Below are positions 36,327 to 44,637 of a DNA stretch of 64,000 nucleotides, one piece after another. Made by a program: the position numbers and the translations under genes. Location: IMG/VR virus record IMGVR_UViG_3300050505_000515. One strand, written 5' to 3'. This stretch comes from a virus. Position 1 is the stretch's first letter. The number at the start of each line of letters is the position of its first letter. The notes beneath the pieces were generated by a model. It had not been told where the DNA came from. It ran no database searches and saw only the letters and a program-made list of their open reading frames with translations.

Positions 36327-37283
36327 TCACTCGGCAGCGACCGGCTCGTCACTCGCTTTTGGGAAGTCGAACGCGTCGGCGTCCTTGTCGAGCCGCTTCC
36401 GGAACTTGTCCTGGAGCGCGGACGTCTCCGCCTTGAGCTGATCGAGCCAGCCGCCGAGGATGTCGGCGTAGAGCTCGCTCTTGACGACCAGGGCGTCGCA
36501 GTCGGCGACGCGGTGCTCGACCGTGGTGTCGCGGGTCTTCTCGTTGAAGCCCGCCAGCTCCTTCCGGAGCGCGGCGAGATCCGACTCCAGGCTGGCCTTG
36601 ACCATGTGGCCGGTGGCCTTCGTCGAGCGGTGATCGTCCGACATCGGGTAGGACAGATCCACGAACCCGAACGGAAGGAGCTTGGCGGCGAGCCGCTCCC
36701 AGATCGCGGCCGATCCCGGCCGGAGGAAGTAGACGCCGCCGCGCTTGCGCATGTTGACGCCCGCGAGCGGGCCCGTGAGCACGGAGATCGCGGCCGACGT
36801 GACGTCGGTGGTCTCCGCGTACGTGAGCAGCTCCCGCGCGTCGAGCGCGATGCGCTCCGCGATCTCGAAGCAGCCCGTTTCGGCGTGGCCGTTCTCGGGC
36901 GAGAGCGCGAGCACGGTGTCGGCGACGACGCGGATCCGCGCGCCGCAGACGAAGTTGTCCCCGGCCTCGTCGGCGCTCGCGTTGGGCGACTGCCGATAGA
37001 TGCCGATGGCGTGCGGCGTGTCCTTGTGGGGACGCGCGAACGCCTTGATGATGATGTCCTTCGGGACCGGCTTCCCAGCCGCGCGCGAGAGCGCGCTCCG
37101 GGCCTCGATCGCGGTCGGCACGTGCTCGCCGAATCCTTCGGAGTCGAAAGCCGCGCGCAAGTCGGCGCGCGGGATCCGGATCCGTTCGGCGTCGTACGTG
37201 ACGACGTCTCCGAGATGGCGCGCGCCTTCCGAAAGCGCACGCTCGCCGGTCGCACGCAATCGCGTGACGACCTCGTTACCCAT
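36327..37283 (-). CDS. DUF6744/DUF3150-like protein
   Basis: MRKRGGVYFL motif; upstream of the AAA-VWA pair. Confidence 0.65.
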   Translation of the reverse strand: MGNEVVTRLRATGERALSEGARHLGDVVTYDAERIRIPRADLRAAFDSEGFGEHVPTAIEARSALSRAAGKPVPKDIIIKAFARPHKDTPHAIGIYRQSPNASADEAGDNFVCGARIRVVADTVLALSPENGHAETGCFEIAERIALDARELLTYAETTDVTSAAISVLTGPLAGVNMRKRGGVYFLRPGSAAIWERLAAKLLPFGFVDLSYPMSDDHRSTKATGHMVKASLESDLAALRKELAGFNEKTRDTTVEHRVADCDALVVKSELYADILGGWLDQLKAETSALQDKFRKRLDKDADAFDFPKASDEPVAAE

Positions 37284-37315
37284 GACTCTGCTCCTTTCGC
37301 AGATTGGACTCCGGG

Positions 37316-37397
37316 CATCGGAGACCAAAGCGAACCCGCGGGGACCGCCGAGGGGGGTCGGACAGAGATCCCCGCAGGCTCGCTTTGAGCACCGATG
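37316..37397 (-). other. long hairpin in 5' leader
   Basis: 18-bp core stem whose plus-strand A-C/C-A mismatches become G-U on minus; outer CATCGG/CCGATG. Confidence 0.65.
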
Positions 37398-37511
37398 AGA
37401 GAGCGCACGCACGTCGGGCGGCTGGCCGGGACCACGCGGCGCGCGGGCTATGTGCGCACGCCGGATGGGACCGCAGCACCGCGCCGCCCGACGGGCAGGC
37501 GCACGTGGCTC

Positions 37512-37661
37512 CTAGATATACCTTCCTTCCTCGCGCACCTTGCGCGCACCGATCGACTTGAGAAACTGCCGAGCGAGGCGGACCTTGCTCGGATCGCACT
37601 CGAACGCGCGGCGACCCTTCTCGCCGCGGACCTTGAACGTGAAGCGGACGACGGGCAGCAT
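37512..37661 (-). CDS. small basic protein
   Basis: coupled to upstream stop. Confidence 0.45.
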   Translation of the reverse strand: MLPVVRFTFKVRGEKGRRAFECDPSKVRLARQFLKSIGARKVREEGRYI

Positions 37662-37870
37662 CAGCGCAGCCCGCGCGGACGCGGATCGCGCCAGCCTTCC
37701 GGCTCGATGTCGCACAGATCCGACACGCAGACCCGCTCGACCTTGATCTCGCCCGTGCCGACGTCGTCGTAGAAGTCGACGAAGGCGCGCGGCGACTTGT
37801 AGAGGATGGCCGGATCGAGCTCGACGTGGACACGTCGGCCGAGCCAACCAACCTTGGCAGTGCAGTGCAT
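37661..37870 (-). CDS. hypothetical protein
   Basis: SD GAAAGGAG. Confidence 0.5.
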   Translation of the reverse strand: MHCTAKVGWLGRRVHVELDPAILYKSPRAFVDFYDDVGTGEIKVERVCVSDLCDIEPEGWRDPRPRGLR

Positions 37871-37940
37871 GGCTCTCCTTTCGTTGGAATGGCGAGTCCG
37901 CGGACCCGCCCGACCGGAGCCGGGCGGTAGCGTGGAATCG

Positions 37941-38162
37941 TCAGGCCACGATCGCGACGGAGACCGCGCCGTAGTGCGCGATCCAGCCGGTGTGCCGCAG
38001 AAAGACCTCGCGGAACAGCGGCGCCGAGCAGAACGCGTCGCCCGACGGCGTCGGGTAGACGGTGGCCTGCTGGCAGTAGCCGAACATCGGCGCACACGCG
38101 TCGTACGGATTGGGGGCGAGCTCCGCCACGAGGGCGTGATACTCGCGCATCTCTTCGGTCAT
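37941..38162 (-). CDS. hypothetical protein
   Basis: SD GAAGAGG. Confidence 0.45.
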   Translation of the reverse strand: MTEEMREYHALVAELAPNPYDACAPMFGYCQQATVYPTPSGDAFCSAPLFREVFLRHTGWIAHYGAVSVAIVA

Positions 38163-38313
38163 CGGACCTCCTTCTAGGACGCGGCAGCCCTGACGAGCGG
38201 CCGCCGGCGAGAACGGAGCACGCCCCGCGTGCCCCTGGCCAGCTAGCGCGCTCGAAAGCGCGCATCGCACAGCCTCGCCAGCGGCCCCCGTGAGCCGCCA
38301 ACCCTTGTTCCGG

Positions 38314-38520
38314 CGCGGCGCCCCACCGGGCCAACCGAACCGAACCATCACCCCATGTCCCGCCGCGGCGCCCCATCTGCATACGTGACGATAAGGGTGA
38401 TTATCATCACGTGTCCAGGATTATCGTCACGTGTGGGCACTTTATCGTCACGTTTCACGAGGGGCGCCGCGACCGGGCAAGGAGTGAGAGGCGACGATGG
38501 GCGGCGCAAGGGGCGCCGCG
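38314..38520. repeat. symmetric control region: four TTATC(G/A)TCACGT copies flanked by 2+2 inverted CGCGGCGCCCC boxes
   Basis: 12-mers at 38383-94 (inverted), 38401-12, 38421-32, 38442-53; GC boxes at 38314, 38364 and inverted at 38461, 38510. Confidence 0.85.
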
Positions 38521-38586
38521 ACGGAGCCTCGGTTGTGGCCCACGGGGGCCGGATGGCGCGGGATGCCGCGCCGCAAGGGGAGTCAC

Positions 38587-39138
38587 ATGCTCAAGCTCAC
38601 AGAGGAGCAGAGGGACGCCGTCCTTCCCGCTCCGTTCGTTCCGATCCGCAAGTCTGCGCCCGCGTCGCCACTCGACGCGGTCGCCAGGGCCGCCGCGGCC
38701 CGCAAGGTGTACGTCTACGTCGAGCCGACGGTGCGCATCGACGCCCCCTCGCCCGAGGGTGCGCCGGTCGTCCCGGCCGCTCCCGAGCCGCTCGACGGCT
38801 TCACCGCCGTCCTCATGCTCGGCGGCCAGGCCTACGACTCGGTCCCCCTCAAGGGGATCCGCCGGGGCCTCCTGGACGTCGCGATCCGCGCCGACCGGGC
38901 CCTGCTCGACTCCGGCGCCGATGCCGTCGCGGTCCTCGGGCCCGATGGCACGGTCGTCCTCCACACGGTCCGCGCCGCGGCCGAGCGGCGCTTCGCCGGC
39001 GAGGCCCTTGCGGCCGAGCGGTCCAAGGACCGCGCGGACCGCCAAGCGGCCCGGGGCCCCGTCTGCAAGCACTCCAACTTCAACCGCTCGTCCCTCTGGG
39101 CGAAGGCGAAGCAGACCCGCGTCGTTCTCCCGCGCTGA
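38587..39138 (+). CDS. hypothetical protein
   Basis: SD AAGGGGAG; first gene of rightward block. Confidence 0.6.
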   Translation: MLKLTEEQRDAVLPAPFVPIRKSAPASPLDAVARAAAARKVYVYVEPTVRIDAPSPEGAPVVPAAPEPLDGFTAVLMLGGQAYDSVPLKGIRRGLLDVAIRADRALLDSGADAVAVLGPDGTVVLHTVRAAAERRFAGEALAAERSKDRADRQAARGPVCKHSNFNRSSLWAKAKQTRVVLPR

Positions 39139-39154
39139 ACCCTCGCGCGGATCT

Positions 39155-39211
39155 CCCCGGTCGGGCCGGAAGGCTCGGCCGGGGGCCATTCTCCGGCGCA
39201 ACCCTGCGCCG
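39155..39211 (+). repeat. two-hairpin intergenic element, copy 1
   Basis: 13-bp stem/GGAA loop, GCCA, CGGCGC-6-GCGCCG. Confidence 0.55.
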
Positions 39212-39257
39212 AGCGGCGCCCGACCGCCTCGGGCTCTCTCTCAAGAGGAGCATCCTC

Positions 39258-39506
39258 ATGCCTCGGATCATCTCCCTCCGGCGCGCCGCCAAGTGCGCCG
39301 ACTGCGGCGCGGATCTGCCCGTCGGCGCCCGCGCCAAGTGGTACCGCAACGGCGCCGTCTACGGCGTGACGTGCCACGAGCGGCCGGCGAACCTGCCGCG
39401 CCGCGCGCCGCGCGCCGACGCGCCCCCGGCCCCGGCCGTCGACGATCCGGCCGCCTTCGACTTCGGCGCGTACGTGCCGCAGCCGGAAACCGCCGGGTGC
39501 GAGTAG
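39258..39506 (+). CDS. small Zn-binding protein
   Basis: SD GAGGAG; CADC...CH. Confidence 0.55.
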   Translation: MPRIISLRRAAKCADCGADLPVGARAKWYRNGAVYGVTCHERPANLPRRAPRADAPPAPAVDDPAAFDFGAYVPQPETAGCE

Positions 39507-39508
39507 CC

Positions 39509-39829
39509 ATGCTGCGGTTCGTCTTCGTCACGGGCGGCATGGCCCACCTCGGGATCCGCCCGAAGTCGGTCGGCGAAGGCTGGCGCGTCCGCACGCCCGG
39601 CCGTCCGCAGTCCGCGGCTCTCTTCGCCGCGCGCTGCCTGACGAGCGGCGTCACTCTGCTCGCCAAGGTCGAGGACGACGACGGGCTCCGCACGCTCGTG
39701 ATCTGCCGCTCGGGCAAGGTCGGGCGCGGCGCGCGCAAGCTCCTCGCGATGCTCCTCTCGGACGACGAGCATCGTCTGCTGCTGCTGTTCGCGGTCTCGC
39801 GCCGCACCATGTACGGGAAGGGAGGCTAG
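39509..39829 (+). CDS. hypothetical protein
   Basis: ATG 3 nt after upstream TAG. Confidence 0.5.
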   Translation: MLRFVFVTGGMAHLGIRPKSVGEGWRVRTPGRPQSAALFAARCLTSGVTLLAKVEDDDGLRTLVICRSGKVGRGARKLLAMLLSDDEHRLLLLFAVSRRTMYGKGG

Positions 39830-39834
39830 CTCGC

Positions 39835-40128
39835 ATGCCATCGATCTCCACGTCCGCGCCCACGGGCGCACCCGCGCCCGCCACGACCTCGGTCCGCTAC
39901 TGGTTCTCGGTCTGGGGCGGCCCCTGGTACGCGTGCGGCTGGTGCTTCGGGGAGACCCCCGAGCTCGCGCTCGACGACGCGATCCGTCACGTCAAGCGCT
40001 GGCAGCCCCAGATCCAGCACGGCAACGTCACGCTTCAGTCGGACGAGCGTCCCTACGACGACGATCGTCCGCCCGCGAAGTACCACGACTTCCCCAAGGT
40101 CGTGTTCGCGCACGGGCCCACCTCGTAG
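39835..40128 (+). CDS. hypothetical protein
   Basis: operon position. Confidence 0.45.
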   Translation: MPSISTSAPTGAPAPATTSVRYWFSVWGGPWYACGWCFGETPELALDDAIRHVKRWQPQIQHGNVTLQSDERPYDDDRPPAKYHDFPKVVFAHGPTS

Positions 40129-40140
40129 GCCCGCGCGTTT

Positions 40141-40190
40141 CCGCCCCTCCGGGTGACACCGGGCGGGTGGGCCAAGGCGCTCTTGCGCCC
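40141..40190 (+). repeat. two-hairpin intergenic element, copy 2
   Basis: 12-bp stem/GTGACA loop, GCCAA, GGCGC-TCTT-GCGCC, then GAAAGGA SD. Confidence 0.65.
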
Positions 40191-40202
40191 AGAAAGGACC
40201 GT

Positions 40203-40961
40203 ATGCGACTGACCGAATCGGGCAGCTTCGCGCTCACGCGCGCGGAGCTCGTCGCCCTGATGACCCACGCGTCCAGCGACATCACGCGGGCGCACGTCAA
40301 CTCCGTCTGCTTCGACGTCGGCCGCGGCCGCGTCGTCGCCACCGACGGGCACCGGCTCGCCGTCTGCCTGGCGCGCGAAGCGCCCGGCCCGAGACCGGAC
40401 GTCTCGTACCTGATCTCGCTCGACGACTGCAAGGCGGCCGTCCGGAGCGCGAAGCAGAAGGTCCACACCATCTGCTTCGACCTCCTGAAGCGCCCGGAGA
40501 AGAAGGACGACGTCTGCGGCGTCGAGATCCGGATCGTCGACACGAGCATGTACCCGGATCCGTTCGACCCGAGCTTCCCGGACGCGCTCCAGGTGCGCAT
40601 GCGCCCGCGTCCCGTGAACGCGCAGTTCCCGCCGATCGACCAGGTCCTCCGGAAGCTGCCCCACAAGGGCCAGCCGGCGACGTCCTGGTACGCCGTGAAC
40701 GCGAGCTACCTCGCGGATCTCGCGGTCGTGGTCAAGGCCGGCGCATGCAACGACCGCTGCGGCGGCGTCCAGATGTTCCTGCCCGAGCCCGACGACGAGC
40801 TGGGCCCGATGCTGGCGTGCGCCAAGGGCGACGACTGCGACTGGACGGTCCTCATCATGCCGATGCGCGACATCGATCCGCGCGCGGCCGCGCCCGAGCC
40901 GGTCGAGGAGCCCGCTCCGGCCGTCCGTCCGAAGGTGGTCCCGCTGCGGCGCCCCGCCTGA
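40203..40961 (+). CDS. DNA polymerase III beta-clamp-like protein (short)
   Basis: ASSDITRAHVNSVCF...VVATDGHRLA; FPPIDQV; VNASYLADL. Confidence 0.68.
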   Translation: MRLTESGSFALTRAELVALMTHASSDITRAHVNSVCFDVGRGRVVATDGHRLAVCLAREAPGPRPDVSYLISLDDCKAAVRSAKQKVHTICFDLLKRPEKKDDVCGVEIRIVDTSMYPDPFDPSFPDALQVRMRPRPVNAQFPPIDQVLRKLPHKGQPATSWYAVNASYLADLAVVVKAGACNDRCGGVQMFLPEPDDELGPMLACAKGDDCDWTVLIMPMRDIDPRAAAPEPVEEPAPAVRPKVVPLRRPA

Positions 40962-40983
40962 ACGCTTGCTCCGGAAGACTCCG

Positions 40984-41034
40984 CCCCGGGCCGAGGTGAT
41001 ACTCGGCTCGGGGGCCAAGGGCGCACCCGCGCCC
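40984..41034 (+). repeat. two-hairpin intergenic element, copy 3
   Basis: 12-bp stem/GTGATA loop, GCCAA, GGGCGC-ACCC-GCGCCC, then GAAAGGAGG SD. Confidence 0.65.
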
Positions 41035-41056
41035 GCTGCCCTGAAAGGAGGGCGCC

Positions 41057-41395
41057 ATGTCCGACGACCGCGTGATCACGTACACGACCGCGCCCGAAGC
41101 CTACGACTGGTTCGGGACGCGCACCGAGCGCATCGCCGGCACGACCGGCGGCAAGACCGTGCGCATGGTCAGCTCGCGAACCGCCCACGTCGAGGCCCAG
41201 CGCGACCGCTACGCCTCCGGCTGCCACATGGCCAAGGACGAGGCCGAGTGGACGAAGCTCGTCACCTACAAGCTCGCGGTCCCCGCGTGCGGTCTCTGCC
41301 AGGAGACGCGGCCGCTCAGGCCCGATCCCTACGGCGGCGCGCCCGTGTGCGAGAGCTGCTACGTGCCTCAACCGAAGGAGGCCGACTGTGGATGA
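41057..41395 (+). CDS. hypothetical protein with two CxxC
   Basis: strong SD; CGLC, CESC. Confidence 0.55.
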   Translation: MSDDRVITYTTAPEAYDWFGTRTERIAGTTGGKTVRMVSSRTAHVEAQRDRYASGCHMAKDEAEWTKLVTYKLAVPACGLCQETRPLRPDPYGGAPVCESCYVPQPKEADCG

Positions 41396-41702
41396 TCCCC
41401 TGATCTCCGCGGCCGCCTTTGACGGCTGGCGGGTCATGCTCTGCCGCGGCGAGGACGGCACGATGCTCGTGCAGGTCGACTCCCCGACGGACAAGGACTG
41501 CGACGCCGACGGTACACCGCGCTGCCGCGTCTACCTGAACGACGCGGACGAGCCGCTCTACGAGCACCCGCGCCTCCGCTGCTGCGCCGAGTGCGGCGAG
41601 ACGATCCGCGAGGACGACTCCCCGGGCGTGCTCGTACACGCCGGCGAGGACGGCCACGAGCGCGACGCGGACCACACACCCTACGAATCGGAGGGACCAT
41701 GA
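41388..41702 (+). CDS. hypothetical protein
   Basis: SD AAGGAGG; CAECG. Confidence 0.5.
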   Translation: MDDPLISAAAFDGWRVMLCRGEDGTMLVQVDSPTDKDCDADGTPRCRVYLNDADEPLYEHPRLRCCAECGETIREDDSPGVLVHAGEDGHERDADHTPYESEGP

Positions 41703-41974
41703 CCGCTCTCGCCCGCAAGACGCGGAAGCAAAAGCGACCGGAGCCGGTGGAGGACATCTTCGTCGCCACCGGGCCCGACACCTACCTCTGCGCCGAGTGT
41801 CTCAACACGCCAGCGCACGACGAGCTGCGCGCCCGCCTGGGCGACGTCGACGTCGATGTCTGGGAGGAATTCAGCGACGGCTGGCTCAGCGCGCCCGTGT
41901 GCGCCGAGTGCAAGCTCTCGCTCCCGGTCTACGTCAACGGCAACGACGACGCAGACGCCGAGGAGGACACATGA
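41699..41974 (+). CDS. hypothetical protein with two CxxC
   Basis: coupled; CAEC twice. Confidence 0.5.
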   Translation: MTALARKTRKQKRPEPVEDIFVATGPDTYLCAECLNTPAHDELRARLGDVDVDVWEEFSDGWLSAPVCAECKLSLPVYVNGNDDADAEEDT

Positions 41975-42663
41975 TCGGCGACGTCCCCGGCACCGACGAC
42001 TGCGGCTGCGAGCCGTGGCACGAGACCGGCATCATGCAGTACGTCCGCTTCCCGTGGGAAGACGACACCGGCTACGCCTGCATCATCCACTGCGATTGCG
42101 GCGGCCCGGACAGCTACGCCTACGACGACGACGCAGCGCTCGCGCTCGGCAAGTTGACAGGCCGCGCTGTGCTGCTCGTCGACTGCGGCGCGCGCCCGCA
42201 CTTCGTCCTCGCGAACGAGGACGGCACGCCCATGACCACGGAGCAGGGCGACGCCTTCAAGGCGGCGTGGCGCGCGGCCCACCCGGCCGCGAACCCGAAC
42301 CCGCCCGCGCGCGACCCAAACGCGTGCGCCGATCCCGCCTGCGAGCGCTGTCCGCGCATCGCGCGCGGCGAGACGTGCTCGCCGGATTGCGCCGGATGGG
42401 TCCTCGACCAGCGCGGGCGCGTCGCGCCGTGCGACGAGTGCGGGCTCTACGTCGACGAACAGGCGGCCGCGGAGGCCGACGCCTTCCTCGTGGCGCACTG
42501 CCCGGGAGCCCGCGTCTACCTCTGCGAAACGCTCGACCAGCACGGGTCCTTCTACGCCGTGCTCGCCGATTCCACCGACGACGGGCCTTGGACCGACGAC
42601 GAGGCCCGGCGCATCGCCTGCGACGCGGTGCGCCGCGAAGGCTTCATCGTCGCATCAGGATAG
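41971..42663 (+). CDS. Cys-rich hypothetical protein
   Basis: SD GAGGAGG; coupled. Confidence 0.55.
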   Translation: MIGDVPGTDDCGCEPWHETGIMQYVRFPWEDDTGYACIIHCDCGGPDSYAYDDDAALALGKLTGRAVLLVDCGARPHFVLANEDGTPMTTEQGDAFKAAWRAAHPAANPNPPARDPNACADPACERCPRIARGETCSPDCAGWVLDQRGRVAPCDECGLYVDEQAAAEADAFLVAHCPGARVYLCETLDQHGSFYAVLADSTDDGPWTDDEARRIACDAVRREGFIVASG

Positions 42664-42665
42664 CC

Positions 42666-42956
42666 ATGAACCACCCCGACAACGACAACGCGCTCGGCCC
42701 CGCCGACGTGGCGGCGCTGCTCTACGGCTTCACCGCGCTGCTCAATCTCACCCGCGAGCCGGACCTCCGGTTCAAGCGCGGGGGCACCTACACGGTGATC
42801 TCGGCGCACACGAAGACCGGCCGGGCGTGGGTCAAGAAACACGTCCAGTACGCGCCTTGGCAGAAACGCCCCGAGGGGATCTACGCCGACGCGCGCTTGG
42901 CCGCAGACATCGCCGGCGCCGTCCAGGCCGCTGGCCTCAACTGGAGATGGCGATGA
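42666..42956 (+). CDS. hypothetical protein
   Basis: ATG right after TAG. Confidence 0.5.
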   Translation: MNHPDNDNALGPADVAALLYGFTALLNLTREPDLRFKRGGTYTVISAHTKTGRAWVKKHVQYAPWQKRPEGIYADARLAADIAGAVQAAGLNWRWR

Positions 42957-43270
42957 ATCGCGCACCAGACCTCACGCACCACGGCGTCCCGTTGCACCTC
43001 TGCCGCTTCGCGCTCGGCCACATCGTGGCCACGCCCGGCGTGCTCGATGCCGTGCCCGTGGACGAGCTGCTCGGGGCTCTCCGCCGCCACGTCACCTGCG
43101 ACTTCGGCGACGTCTCCGAGAGCGACCGGCGCGCCAGCGAGCACGCGGTCATCAACGCCGACGACTACATCCTCTCGGTCTACGCGACCGCCGACTACTC
43201 GGCGCGGTTCTACGTGGTGACCGAGCACGACCGGAGCGTGACCACGCTCTGTCTCCCGGAGGAGCGATGA
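42953..43270 (+). CDS. conserved plasmid/phage protein (F.LG...TPG...RH..DFG...TE.DRS.TT.LP.E family)
   Basis: family motif clearly present; function unknown. Confidence 0.75.
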   Translation: MNRAPDLTHHGVPLHLCRFALGHIVATPGVLDAVPVDELLGALRRHVTCDFGDVSESDRRASEHAVINADDYILSVYATADYSARFYVVTEHDRSVTTLCLPEER

Positions 43271-43476
43271 CCAGGATTCTGCTACTCGCGCTCGCACTGT
43301 CCGCGTGCACCTCGACGGCGGGGCCGTTCGTGCGGACCGTGACGCCGCTTCCGGGCGGTGCCATCCGCGTCGAGCGCTGCTTCGCGCAGTACACGCAGGA
43401 CCTCTTCGGGCAGGAGATCAAGACTGGCTCCTGCCACGAAGAGGTCGTGCCGGTGGCCAAGGGCGGCGAGCCATGA
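43267..43476 (+). CDS. small lipoprotein, paralog A
   Basis: lipobox LSAC; AGPFV..V.PLP.GAIRV..C. Confidence 0.65.
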   Translation: MTRILLLALALSACTSTAGPFVRTVTPLPGGAIRVERCFAQYTQDLFGQEIKTGSCHEEVVPVAKGGEP

Positions 43477-43733
43477 CGAGACAGCACGACACCGTGGGCT
43501 GGCGATTCCGATTCGCGGGTGCGGTCTTCCGCTGTATCCGCTGGAGGCGCGAGTCCGGCTACGACATGAAGGTGCTGGAGCTCGGCCCAGACTCGACGGG
43601 CATCGGTCCCGTGGGCTCGGTCCGCAGCGTCTCCGAGAACGCCATCAACCGCACCTACCACCAGGACTTCCAGGAGGAGGAGCCGGCGGCGCACGAGCCG
43701 CCGTGCAACTGCTTCGTCTGCGAGGACCGATGA
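43473..43733 (+). CDS. hypothetical protein
   Basis: coupled. Confidence 0.5.
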   Translation: MTRQHDTVGWRFRFAGAVFRCIRWRRESGYDMKVLELGPDSTGIGPVGSVRSVSENAINRTYHQDFQEEEPAAHEPPCNCFVCEDR

Positions 43734-44113
43734 GAAAGCTCGACCAGAAGGATCTGGCTCCGCTCGTCGGCGCCATCATCGGCGCGTACCTCGCGACCGG
43801 CAAGGACCTCACCGCGCGCGAGCTCGCGGCCCGGATCGGCTGGCCAGAGTCCAAGGTCCGCCGCTACCTGACCGCCGGCCCTGGCGGCGGTCCGCCGGAC
43901 GGGATCCGCACGTTCAGCGAGGCGCGCACGAGCTACTCCCGGGACTATCCCGGGATGGAGGCCGGCGCGCACAAGGTGACCACGTACGGGCCCACGCGCG
44001 AGAGACTGCGCGACTTCATCCTGCTCCTGCAGAAGATCGAGCAGCGCGAGCGGGCGTACGGTCCGGACAAGACGATCGACCGGCTTGTCCCCATCTCCAA
44101 GGAGGAACCGTGA
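43730..44113 (+). CDS. HTH-domain protein
   Basis: LTARELAARIGWPESKVRRYL. Confidence 0.55.
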   Translation: MRKLDQKDLAPLVGAIIGAYLATGKDLTARELAARIGWPESKVRRYLTAGPGGGPPDGIRTFSEARTSYSRDYPGMEAGAHKVTTYGPTRERLRDFILLLQKIEQRERAYGPDKTIDRLVPISKEEP

Positions 44114-44637
44114 CCACACTCGACGAGGGCCTGGCCATCATCGCCAAGATGAAGGCCGAGGCCCGCAAGCTCCCCGAGGGGTTCTACCGCCTCAAGTGCG
44201 ACGTCACGAACCCGCAGCCCGACCGGCGGCAGAAGCACGACTGGCGTGCTCTCGTGAGCTGGCAGAAGGGCGCGCGCTTTCGCATCGTCGACCCCTGCGG
44301 CGACGGGCGGGAGCTCCAGCGCGGCAAGTGGAGCCACCACCGGATCTGCATCGACGCCAACGGCAACACGTACGGCGAGGTGCTCGACCGCATCCTCCCC
44401 TGTCTCCGCCCGGAGACGGCCCAGGACAACCCCGACACCGAGCTGGAGTGGGCCATCCTGAAGCGTGGCCACAGCCTCGACGGCTGCGGCGCAGACTTGC
44501 TCTGCTACCTCATCCGCCGTGGCAAGGTCACGGTGGCGGACGCCCTCGCCGCGCTCGATGAATTCGAGCGCGACTTGGCGGCGGACGACGACGCGGTGCG
44601 AGCCAATGTCCCGCCCGAGGAGGACACGGCGCCATGA
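44110..44637 (+). CDS. hypothetical protein
   Basis: SD AAGGAGG; coupled. Confidence 0.55.
   Translation: MTTLDEGLAIIAKMKAEARKLPEGFYRLKCDVTNPQPDRRQKHDWRALVSWQKGARFRIVDPCGDGRELQRGKWSHHRICIDANGNTYGEVLDRILPCLRPETAQDNPDTELEWAILKRGHSLDGCGADLLCYLIRRGKVTVADALAALDEFERDLAADDDAVRANVPPEEDTAP

Noticed and set aside
38383-38453. Mini-CRISPR array
   Set aside because: Repeats are 12 bp with 6-9 bp gaps, one copy is inverted, and there are no cas genes.
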